Assembly (NCBI GenBank): GCA_903860135.1
Contig: CAIOPG010000004.1
Coordinates: forward strand, 85,558-149,557
Reading direction: 5' to 3'
From: Candidatus Omnitrophota bacterium
GTDB lineage: Bacteria; Omnitrophota; Gorgyraeia; Zapsychrales; Fredricksoniimonadaceae
DNA: 64,000 nucleotides
Shown here: piece after piece, positions 1 to 8,005 of the stretch
Numbering within the stretch: the stretch's first letter is position 1
Layout of the letters: the number at the start of each line of letters is the position of its first letter
The notes under the pieces: generated by a model
What the model saw: the letters and a program-made list of their open reading frames with translations, nothing else
The model's database searches: none
Told to the model about the DNA's origin: nothing
Program-made: the position numbers and the translations under genes

Positions 1-273
1 GTCTTTCAAAAGGCCGGACATCCGTCTTTTCAATAAAAAAAGGCAGTCCCCGAAAAGTCCCCGCCGCGTACACTTCAGAACCCAGAAGGTTTTCAACCTC
101 ATCCGTCGGAAACCATTCTGCCGCCTCAAAGATGATCGGCTCCCCGTTGCGGATCCACTCCGGTTCATCCAGGTGCGCCGCGGTCATATCCGCCAGCTCT
201 TCCCCTCGCGGTGCCGTTGCGCACCCCGCCGATACCAGCAACATCAAAAGTAATAACACAGGTATGGTCTTCA
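1..273 (-). CDS. Lipoprotein, N-terminal part only. Start codon at 273; gene continues past the window start. Signal peptide plus lipobox LVSAGC.
   Basis: Manual minus-strand translation gives MKTIPVLLLLMLLVSAGCATAPRGEEL.... The start abuts the mlaE stop at 274, so it may be an Mla-associated lipoprotein. Confidence 0.45.
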
Positions 274-1065
274 TCAATTCCCCCAGAAGGTCAGGATGAT
301 CTTGGTCAAGAGCGTATTGGAAACAATGACCCCGACGTAACACAGCGCCACCGCCGCGGTGGTATAGCGGCCTACGCCCATGGAACCGCCTGATGTGAAA
401 AACCCTTTATAACAGCAGATCCAGCCGATAATGACCGCAAAAAAGAAAACCTTGGCAAACCCGCTGAAAAAATCTACAAACGCGATACACTGAACGGTTT
501 GGTTAATATAATAAACAGGCGGTATATTCGCCTCATGGATCGCCACAAGATAACCGCCAAAGATGCCCATCAATTCGGAAACAACAACCAGGATCGGCAA
601 TACCACCAGGCAGGCCAGCATCCGGGGCACCACCAGGAATCCCATCGGATCAACCCCGAGCGTGCGCGTGGCCTGAATTTGACTATTGACGCTCATACTG
701 CCCAGTTCCGCCGCCATCCCGGCACCCGACTTCCCTGAAAAGACCAACGCCGTAAAAACTGGGCTGAGCTCCCTGATTAAGGAAAGCGCCACCAGCTGGG
801 CGATGAATTCCTTGGCACCAAAACGCGCCATCATGACCTGACCCTGCAGGGCGAGTACCGCGCCTGACGCGAAAGAAACCAGCGTCACGATCAACAACGA
901 CCGCACCCCCTGCTCATAGATCTGCCGAAAAACCTCATTCCAACGGATCCGTCCCGTGAGGAGGCATCGGACAAATGCCCCAAAAAAGAGAGCACCCCGT
1001 CCCTGCGCCGCGAGCTTGTTGGTGATCCAGGTTAGCATAACCATTTTAACGCTTCTTCCTCTCAA
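274..1065 (-). CDS. mlaE: MlaE/YrbE-family ABC transporter permease (phospholipid/toluene-tolerance Ttg2B type)
   Basis: 263-aa polytopic membrane protein with the conserved MlaE core (FGAKEFIAQLVALSLIRELSPVFTALVFSGKSGAGMAAELGSM). Confidence 0.85.
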   Translation of the reverse strand: MRGRSVKMVMLTWITNKLAAQGRGALFFGAFVRCLLTGRIRWNEVFRQIYEQGVRSLLIVTLVSFASGAVLALQGQVMMARFGAKEFIAQLVALSLIRELSPVFTALVFSGKSGAGMAAELGSMSVNSQIQATRTLGVDPMGFLVVPRMLACLVVLPILVVVSELMGIFGGYLVAIHEANIPPVYYINQTVQCIAFVDFFSGFAKVFFFAVIIGWICCYKGFFTSGGSMGVGRYTTAAVALCYVGVIVSNTLLTKIILTFWGN

Positions 1066-1546
1066 GCCACAACCCGGAAAGTTCCCTGTTGATGCGCCCG
1101 GCTACCGCCGGAGATATTACCTTCTCTTCAACATTAGCCGTATCGCAAGTTGCTGCGGCCCCCCTGCCATTCTCCAAAAATTGCGCCACACTCCAGATCT
1201 CCGCCCCCCGATGACGGCACGCGATGGCCAGCTCGCGGTCATCGGTCACGCAAATGATGCGCCGCGGATCAACCGCATCTTCCACCATATCACGGATACA
1301 GTCATCCGCGGAAGTACCCTGGGTAAAAATCACCCTGATGTCAAGCTCCGCGCAAGGAGAAAAAACATCGTCGCGCCCGTCAAAAATAACGGTCACACCA
1401 TTGACTCCCCTGCCCTGCGGCCGGTGTTCCCGGATAAAATGGATCAACCCGGTACGCCCGTCCTCAAGCGTCTTACCCGCGGCCGGTCCACGCCGGGGCA
1501 GGCGGTACATCACATTGTACCCGTCGACCAGGAACTGTCGTGACAT
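1046..1546 (-). CDS. YacP-like NYN/PIN-domain protein (predicted RNA-binding nuclease)
   Basis: LVDGYNVMY near the N-terminus and a DxxD acidic core are typical of the YacP/Rae1 NYN family. The start is placed at the internal Met (MSRQFLVDGYNV) to reduce overlap with the upstream gene. Confidence 0.65.
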   Translation of the reverse strand: MSRQFLVDGYNVMYRLPRRGPAAGKTLEDGRTGLIHFIREHRPQGRGVNGVTVIFDGRDDVFSPCAELDIRVIFTQGTSADDCIRDMVEDAVDPRRIICVTDDRELAIACRHRGAEIWSVAQFLENGRGAAATCDTANVEEKVISPAVAGRINRELSGLWLERKKR

Positions 1547-2465
1547 AAATAACCCCGCCAATAAGACCCGTGACAATGACAAAAAAGAAACTGATCAGGC
1601 TGAGCCCCAGAGCCGTCCCCTGCCCCACCCCGATCTTGGCCAAAAGATACACCCAGCCGATCTCGCGGACGCCAAGCCCACCGATGGAGGGCAGAAACGT
1701 CGCGGCTGAAACCAGTGGCGAGAAAATCAGGAACGGTAATAAAGGAACGTCCTGATGAAGTGCCCTGGCGATCAGAAAAAACATACCTGCCCCGAGAACC
1801 TGGATCAAACAGGAAAACGCAATGCAGCTGAATCCCGTACGTTTCTTGCCGCGCATCAGCATGACATCCTGATGCATTTCCAGGATACCCTGCTGAAGTT
1901 TCGGAAACCTGGCCACGAACCTTCCAAAGAAATGATAGATCCCCTGGTTAAAAAGCATCCCGCCGACGACAAACGATAATACCGTAAGTGCCACGACCGG
2001 AATCAGAACAGATGGCGCATCTATGAGAGAGCTCCCGGCCGCATACGCCAGCGCCGCCACAATGACCAGCCCGGCAAACCCGCTCAGGCGGTCAAGCACA
2101 ACCGATGCGAACACCTTCGGTTTTTGCCCGACCCCGCGGCTCAACCCGATCGCCTTGACAAGATCGCCGCCGATGGATGTCGGCAAAAAAAGATTGCAAA
2201 AAAGGCCGATAAAAAAATACCGGCAGGTCAGCCCTATCGGCGCGTCCAGGTTCAGGGCGCGCATGAACAGGTACCAGCGCAGAAGGATCGCCACCTGAAT
2301 CAGAAAATGAAGAAAAGCCGCTCCGAGCAAAAGCCCGACATCCGCGTTGCGCAAGACCGCGATGGTATCGCGCCAATTGATGAATGAAAAAACCCACGCC
2401 AAAAGCCCGGCGCTCAAGGCAAAGCGGCCTATAAATGAAAGCGTATTCTTGATGCGTTCAGTCAT
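1473..2465 (-). CDS. Flippase-like membrane protein, lysylphosphatidylglycerol-synthase TM-region (UPF0104) family
   Basis: 330 aa with about 8 TM helices. Resembles the LPG_synthase_TM domain. Confidence 0.65.
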   Translation of the reverse strand: MTERIKNTLSFIGRFALSAGLLAWVFSFINWRDTIAVLRNADVGLLLGAAFLHFLIQVAILLRWYLFMRALNLDAPIGLTCRYFFIGLFCNLFLPTSIGGDLVKAIGLSRGVGQKPKVFASVVLDRLSGFAGLVIVAALAYAAGSSLIDAPSVLIPVVALTVLSFVVGGMLFNQGIYHFFGRFVARFPKLQQGILEMHQDVMLMRGKKRTGFSCIAFSCLIQVLGAGMFFLIARALHQDVPLLPFLIFSPLVSAATFLPSIGGLGVREIGWVYLLAKIGVGQGTALGLSLISFFFVIVTGLIGGVIYVTTVPGRRVQCDVPPAPAWTGRG

Positions 2466-3367
2466 GTCGCGGCACCCTCCAGTGCCCTGCTATAAACTTG
2501 TTCAGCAAGAAAAGAACTTCTGACCAGCGGACCGGATACCACCTGGGCCAACCCCAGCGCCAGGCCTTGCTGACGGTACATCTCAAACACCCCGGGCTCA
2601 ACAAAACGCGCCACAGCCCGCTGACGCCCATCGGCCGTCGGTGCCAGGTACTGGCCGATCGTCACAATATCACAACCGGCGGCCTTTAATTCTGCCAGCG
2701 CTTCCACTACCTCATGATCCGTCTCACCGAGCCCGACCATAAGCCCTGACTTGACAAGGCCTGCGCCAACCAGCGATCTCGCCAGGGCGAGTGCCCGGAG
2801 CGAGCGGTCATGATCTGCCTGCGGCCTTAACGCCCTGGAAAGCCGGCGGACCGTTTCAATGTTGTGCCCTACCACATCCGGCCCGGCTTCAGCCACCACC
2901 CCATAGCAGTCTGCGCGCGCCGAAAAGTCCGGCACCAAAAGCTCAACTTTAACTTGCGGCACCGTGTCCCGGAGCGCCCGTACCGTCCGGGCAAAATGCC
3001 CCGCGCCTTCATCTTCAAGATCATCACGCGTCACGGAAGTGATAACAACATACCGTAACCCCAGCGCCTGCACCGCCCCGGCCATCCTCCGCGGCTCATC
3101 CTCCTCCACAGGGTCAGGCGTCCCGGTTGCCACCGCGCAAAAAAGGCAGGCGCGTGTGCACGTGCCGCCCAGGATCATAAATGTCGCTGTGCCGCTGTTC
3201 CAACACTGCCCCATATTCGGACAGCGCGCCCCTTCGCACACCGTATGCAACCCGCCTCCACGCAACACGCCCCGCATGCGCTCAAACGCGGCACGATCGG
3301 GCAACGCCTGGCGAAACCAAGCAGGAAGCCTGTTCCCGCCTGAGACACCAGGCGCAGGTTCAGGCAC
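2462..3367 (-). CDS. lipA: Lipoyl synthase (radical SAM)
   Basis: CEGARCPN plus CxxxCxxC radical-SAM motifs, with full-length LipA similarity. Confidence 0.9.
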   Translation of the reverse strand: MPEPAPGVSGGNRLPAWFRQALPDRAAFERMRGVLRGGGLHTVCEGARCPNMGQCWNSGTATFMILGGTCTRACLFCAVATGTPDPVEEDEPRRMAGAVQALGLRYVVITSVTRDDLEDEGAGHFARTVRALRDTVPQVKVELLVPDFSARADCYGVVAEAGPDVVGHNIETVRRLSRALRPQADHDRSLRALALARSLVGAGLVKSGLMVGLGETDHEVVEALAELKAAGCDIVTIGQYLAPTADGRQRAVARFVEPGVFEMYRQQGLALGLAQVVSGPLVRSSFLAEQVYSRALEGAAT

Positions 3368-3872
3368 AGGCTTTTTCTTTCTTTTTCACCGGTACGGATA
3401 ATTTCTCCACGAACGCATCCATCTCGGGTCTGGTCGCGTAATCGATGATCAGCCGTCCTTTTAAATGATCGATCTCGTGCTGAAATATCTTGGCGGGAAG
3501 CCCGGTTAAATCCACATCAAGGATCTCATTGTCTTCGTTCATATAGCGGACACGGATTTCCGCGGGCCGCTTCACCTTAATATGAATGGTCGGTAAACTC
3601 AGGCAGCCTTCCTCAAGGACAGTCATCCTCTCCGAGCAGCGGAGTATCTCCGGATTAATGACCGCAAACGGCCCCTCACCGACATCGGCGACAAAGATGT
3701 TTTCCACGATCCCGACCTGATTGGCCGCCAGGCCCCTGCCGTCAAAAGCGTACATGGCCGGGATCATTTCCCGGATGAGAAGCTTCTCCGCAGGACCGAC
3801 AGACACAACAGGTTTTGCCTGTCGGCGCAAGCAGGGGTCGCCGTAAGGTCTAAGCTTTAATCGTGTTGTCAT
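3360..3872 (-). CDS. def: Peptide deformylase
   Basis: GIGLAANQVG-like, EGCLSLP and HEIDHLKG metal-binding motifs. Confidence 0.9.
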   Translation of the reverse strand: MTTRLKLRPYGDPCLRRQAKPVVSVGPAEKLLIREMIPAMYAFDGRGLAANQVGIVENIFVADVGEGPFAVINPEILRCSERMTVLEEGCLSLPTIHIKVKRPAEIRVRYMNEDNEILDVDLTGLPAKIFQHEIDHLKGRLIIDYATRPEMDAFVEKLSVPVKKKEKACA

Positions 3873-4200
3873 CGTTCAAATAAACCGTTGTGGTTTTCAT
3901 CCCCCGGGCTTCTTCGGGCGTCACCAGCGCATAGCTGACAATGATGATCCGGTCCCCCACATATCCCATGCGGGCGGCCGGACCGTTCAGGCAAAAATGG
4001 CCGGAACCAGCCTTGCCGGCGATAACATAGGTCTCAAGGCGGGCACCGTTATTGACATTGAATATCTCGACCTTTTCACCAGGGATGATCCCGGCGGCGG
4101 CAATGATCGCTGCGTCGATGGTGATACTGCCCTCATAATAAAGTTCCGACGCGGTGATGCGCGCGTGGGCGATCTTGGATTTGCAGAACGTTAACAACAT
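3850..4200 (-). CDS. panD: Aspartate 1-decarboxylase
   Basis: 116 aa, MLLTFCKSKIHRATVT-like N-terminus and GS self-processing region, typical of PanD. Confidence 0.9.
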   Translation of the reverse strand: MLLTFCKSKIAHARITASELYYEGSITIDAAIIAAAGIIPGEKVEIFNVNNGARLETYVIAGKAGSGHFCLNGPAARMGYVGDRIIIVSYALVTPEEARGMKTTTVYLNDDNTIKA

Positions 4201-4224
4201 ACGTCAGATAACTCCTTCACGGCC

Positions 4225-4548
4225 CTAAATGTGAGCCTTCAGTTTCTCCATGAGGCGCACCTTCGGGAGCGCTCCGACCATCCGGTCAATTTCTTTCCCG
4301 TTCTTGAAAATAAGCAAGGTCGGAATGGAGGCCACATCAAACTGGGCCGCCAGGTCAGGCGCTTCATCCACGTTGATCTTGGCCACCTTCGCCTTGCCCG
4401 CCAATTCAACCGCAATCTCCTCGACAATCGGCAGGACCATACGGCACGGCCCGCACCACTCGGCCCAGAAATCGACCAGGACCGGTACAGAAGACGTCGC
4501 CACCTCGGCTTCAAAGTTCGCCGCCGTCACTTTTATTGCAGAACCCAT
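4225..4548 (-). CDS. trxA: Thioredoxin
   Basis: 107 aa with the WCGPC active site. Confidence 0.9.
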   Translation of the reverse strand: MGSAIKVTAANFEAEVATSSVPVLVDFWAEWCGPCRMVLPIVEEIAVELAGKAKVAKINVDEAPDLAAQFDVASIPTLLIFKNGKEIDRMVGALPKVRLMEKLKAHI

Positions 4549-4743
4549 AATAACCCCCCTTTATTTGAAAAACATTATAATGACCCCTGAAACAAGCGCA
4601 AGGACTTTCCCAAGCCTTATCGAGCAGGGTTCAACAAGGCAAAAGGTAAAAAATATGTTAAACTTCCTACGGATGCCAAGACTTCGATTATAATTACATG
4701 GTCGAACCGCCTACTGAACCTTTTTGAACAAGGATGCGGCCTT

Positions 4744-6078
4744 ATGAAGGATAAAATCACGAAACTATTTGTCCTTGATACCAATGTCATCTTGCATGAC
4801 AGCGCCTGCCTGCGGCAGTTCAAGCACCACGATATTGTCCTTCCGATCACGGTCCTCGAGGAACTCGACAAGTTCAAGAAAGGCAACGAAACCCTTAATT
4901 TCCACGCCCGGCATTTCCTTAAGGAGATCGACAGGATCTCGAGCAGCGGCTTCATCGACGGAGGTCTGCCCATCGGCCGCCATAACGGCAAACTCATCAT
5001 CAAACTTGACCAGCAGTTTCACCCTGACCTGCGCCCGCACTTTGACACCGATAAGCCCGACCACAGGATCTTAAACTGTGCCTATACCCTCGCGCGGGAA
5101 AACCCGGGCAGGAGCGTCACGCTCGTCACTAAGGACGTCAACCTGCGCATGAAGGCCAAGGCGGTACAGCTCATCGCCGAGGATTACACCACTGACCATG
5201 TGAAGGATATTTCGGCTATCTACAAGGGTTATCGTTTCGAGGAGAATGTGTCGCGCGAGGTCATTAACCAGCTCTGCCACGATCCTGCTGGCGTGTCGCC
5301 CAAGAAATTAAAGTCGCGGACGAAGTTCCTGCCCAATGAATGTGTGGTCATGCGCAACAAGAAAATGTCCGCCCTAGGGCATGTCGACCCGTCGGATATG
5401 ATGATCCGCCATATCACCCGGCACGACGCCTCGGGCATCAAGCCGCGCAATGTGGAACAGGTATTCGCGCTCCATGCCCTGACCAACGACAACCTGCGCT
5501 TGGTGACCGTATCCGGCAAGGCCGGCACCGGCAAGACCTTGCTGGCACTGGCCGCCGCGCTCGAACAGCGCAACCACTACAAACAGATCTTCCTGTCCCG
5601 CCCGATCGTGGCCCTGTCCAACAAGGACCTTGGCTATCTTCCCGGCGGCGTGGATGAGAAAGTCGGCCCCTACATGCAACCGCTCTACGACAACCTTGGC
5701 GTGATCCAGGACCGCCTGATCGACCCCGCCGAACGCCGCGCCAAGAAATTCCAGAAACTGCTCGATGAAGAAAAACTCGTCATCGCCCCCTTGGCCTACA
5801 TCCGCGGCCGGAGCCTGGTCGACACCTATTTCATCGTCGATGAAGCCCAGAACCTCACACCCCACGAGGTCAAGACCATCATCACCCGCGCCGGAGAAAA
5901 CACCAAAATGGTCTTCACCGGAGATATTTTCCAGATCGACCACCCGTACCTTGACATCTATTCCAACGGCTTAAGCTACCTGATTGACAAGATGCAGGGC
6001 CAGAAACTCTACACCCACATCTTCCTCGAAAAAGGCGAACGCTCCGAGCTGGCGGAGCTGGCGAGTGATCTATTATAA
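4744..6078 (+). CDS. PhoH-like ATPase with N-terminal PIN domain (PhoH2/YlaK type)
   Basis: N-terminal PIN (FVLDTNVILHD) and a PhoH P-loop (VTVSGKAGTGKT). Confidence 0.85.
   Translation: MKDKITKLFVLDTNVILHDSACLRQFKHHDIVLPITVLEELDKFKKGNETLNFHARHFLKEIDRISSSGFIDGGLPIGRHNGKLIIKLDQQFHPDLRPHFDTDKPDHRILNCAYTLARENPGRSVTLVTKDVNLRMKAKAVQLIAEDYTTDHVKDISAIYKGYRFEENVSREVINQLCHDPAGVSPKKLKSRTKFLPNECVVMRNKKMSALGHVDPSDMMIRHITRHDASGIKPRNVEQVFALHALTNDNLRLVTVSGKAGTGKTLLALAAALEQRNHYKQIFLSRPIVALSNKDLGYLPGGVDEKVGPYMQPLYDNLGVIQDRLIDPAERRAKKFQKLLDEEKLVIAPLAYIRGRSLVDTYFIVDEAQNLTPHEVKTIITRAGENTKMVFTGDIFQIDHPYLDIYSNGLSYLIDKMQGQKLYTHIFLEKGERSELAELASDLL
6036..6078 (+). repeat. Direct repeat copy 1: the phoH 3' end, repeated at 7157-7200
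   Basis: ggcgaacgctccgagctggcggagctggcg is identical at both sites. Both copies end in ...DLL-stop. Confidence 0.8.
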
Positions 6079-6127
6079 ACTGAATGATGCCACAGCGATA
6101 TAATGGTTAATATTCTTCAGTTAATAT

Positions 6128-6916
6128 TTATTTCTTTCTGGCAACGAAGAATAACGTACTCCCCGTTTCCTCATCCATAACATAAAATCTTTTAAACCAA
6201 CGCGCCATCACCTTACCCCTTAAGCTCGACGGGAACAATAAAAGACGGCCAAAAAGCTTTCGCCATAACATCGAACAAGCCCCTGAAAACGTAAAAAGAT
6301 CACATATTTCAGTGACTGAACGTGGATGAATATATTTTCGATCAAGGATATCAAAATTATTTTCTTGCAGCCGCCGCGTCCAGATAGCCATAGAGTCAAT
6401 ATGCTCATGATGCCAAATCCTGTGTTTTAGGCGCGCATACATGACTGACAATTGCTTGAATCCAATCAATCTGAAAATCCTCCCAAATAAGAAATGCTCG
6501 GAAAGGTATTCGCTGGGAACGGTAAAAACGAGCGTTCCTCCTGGCTTAAGCACCCGCGCAAGTTCCGCCAAAGCTTGATCAATATCTGTCACATGCTCCA
6601 AAACACTATTGGATAACACATGATCAAACGTATTATTCTTAAAAGGGATTGCTGTGATCTCACAAGCAATGAGATCGTGATAAATGCCTAAAGAACGGGC
6701 CTTCTTCAATTCACCCGGATCATGATCAATACCCGTGATCACCTTGCCTTCTGTATTCTTAAAAAGAATCCTTGCCAATAACCCATCACCACACCCCGCA
6801 TCAAGGATCTTCCCACCCAAAGGGACACGTCCAATATGCCTGCAATCAACCGCCCGGATTAATCCCAGCGGGACAGGTGCCAACGTCAAATATTGCTGTA
6901 AATAAGTATCATCCAA
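6128..6916 (-). CDS. Class I SAM-dependent methyltransferase (Methyltransf_11-like). Low-GC, probably inserted.
   Basis: ILDAGCGDG SAM-binding motif I. The gene lies in an AT-rich 1.1-kb block bracketed by duplicated phoH 3' ends. Confidence 0.75.
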   Translation of the reverse strand: MDDTYLQQYLTLAPVPLGLIRAVDCRHIGRVPLGGKILDAGCGDGLLARILFKNTEGKVITGIDHDPGELKKARSLGIYHDLIACEITAIPFKNNTFDHVLSNSVLEHVTDIDQALAELARVLKPGGTLVFTVPSEYLSEHFLFGRIFRLIGFKQLSVMYARLKHRIWHHEHIDSMAIWTRRLQENNFDILDRKYIHPRSVTEICDLFTFSGACSMLWRKLFGRLLLFPSSLRGKVMARWFKRFYVMDEETGSTLFFVARKK

Positions 6917-7156
6917 GATCTAACAACTCCACTTAAGGAACACCCTCACGGCATCCCGTGTCTTTCTAACGCCCTTATTCTTGCCTATATAAACTCGGCT
7001 TATGCCGCAGGCATAGCCCGGCGCGTCATCATATACAGCCACTGAGCATGATTCAATGACAATTACCTATTGTTGCCCTGATAAACCCCTCTTACACGAC
7101 CGTAGCCACGTCCAACAAATATCTCGGCGTGATGCCAGAGACACCTGATCGACCAA

Positions 7157-7200
7157 GGCGAACGCTCCGAGCTGGCGGAGCTGGCGCGTGATTTGTTGTA
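7157..7200 (+). repeat. Direct repeat copy 2: orphan duplicate of the phoH 3' end (encodes GERSELAELARDLL-stop)
   Basis: Read directly from the sequence. Confidence 0.8.
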
Positions 7201-7238
7201 ATTGCAGGGGCGGGTTCCAAACCCGCCCTTTTATAATA

Positions 7239-7799
7239 TCAGAACACCCTATAATAATCATCCAATCCCCATGAAACCGGATTGGTAATAATATATTCAC
7301 GAATACGTTTTAGATCAACTTCATGGCGAATGATATGTTCATAAAAATCACGCTGCCATAATGAAATCCCTGGAGAATGCTTGATTTGATTAACGCGTTG
7401 GGCTGAAAATGTTTTAAATTGTCGAACAATCTCTGACAATCCGTGCGATATCAGGATGGGTTTGGAGGCATTTATAAGGGCGGGTTTGGAACCATTTATC
7501 AGGGCGGGTTTGGAACCATTTATCAGGGCGGGTTTGGAACCCGCCCCTACAATATGAATGATGCCGTGGAAATGATTGGGCATAATGACGAATTTATCTA
7601 ATGCGATATTTTTATTATGCCGAGGTAAATCTGTCCATGTCCATTCAACAGCGTTTCCCACATCATTCAATATCATCTCACCATCATGAATATGACCGAA
7701 AAGGCAACCGCGATCTTTCGTACAAATGGTAATAAAATAGGCTCCAGGCTTGGTGTAATCATAATCTTTTAACCGTCTCGATTTTCGATTGCCCGGCAT
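7239..7799 (-). CDS. REP-associated tyrosine transposase (RAYT; IS200/IS605 Y1 HUH family)
   Basis: RLKDYDYTKPGAYFITICT N-terminus, HUH motif NHFHGIIHI, and catalytic Tyr in WQRDFYEHIIR. Contains an in-frame (GSKPALIN)x3 insertion. Confidence 0.8.
   Translation of the reverse strand: MPGNRKSRRLKDYDYTKPGAYFITICTKDRGCLFGHIHDGEMILNDVGNAVEWTWTDLPRHNKNIALDKFVIMPNHFHGIIHIVGAGSKPALINGSKPALINGSKPALINASKPILISHGLSEIVRQFKTFSAQRVNQIKHSPGISLWQRDFYEHIIRHEVDLKRIREYIITNPVSWGLDDYYRVF
7459..7549. repeat. Three tandem 24-bp repeats ending in a complete REP palindrome, all inside the RAYT ORF
   Basis: agggcgggtttggaaccatttatc repeated three times (third copy partial), running into the full palindrome gggcgggtttggaacccgcccc. 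In-frame, it encodes GAGSKPALIN repeats. Confidence 0.8.
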
Positions 7800-8005
7800 G
7801 AAAATCCTCTTTGCCTGTGAATAGACATCGTGTTCCCATATTCCAACAATCCCGTAGGGGCGGGTTCCAAACCCGCCCTTTTATAATATCAAAAATAATG
7901 AATAATAATGCCAGATACCATTATTAGATTGTCTATTACCCATCAATCAAAATTCAAAAATAAGATCATCAAAAAGTTTTGCCCTGTCCCATTCTCTGAA
8001 AACAT

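Larger units (their letters stand above)
7207..7891 (-). mobile_element. REP/RAYT unit: a RAYT gene flanked by identical 36-bp REP-containing direct repeats
   Basis: aggggcgggttccaaacccgcccttttataatatca occurs at 7207-7242 and 7856-7891. The core gggcgggtt-cc-aaacccgccc is a perfect palindrome. Confidence 0.75.

Noticed and set aside
211-393. 60-aa plus-strand ORF at the mlaE/lipoprotein junction
   Set aside because: It overlaps two well-supported minus-strand genes and has no motif. Typical high-GC spurious ORF.
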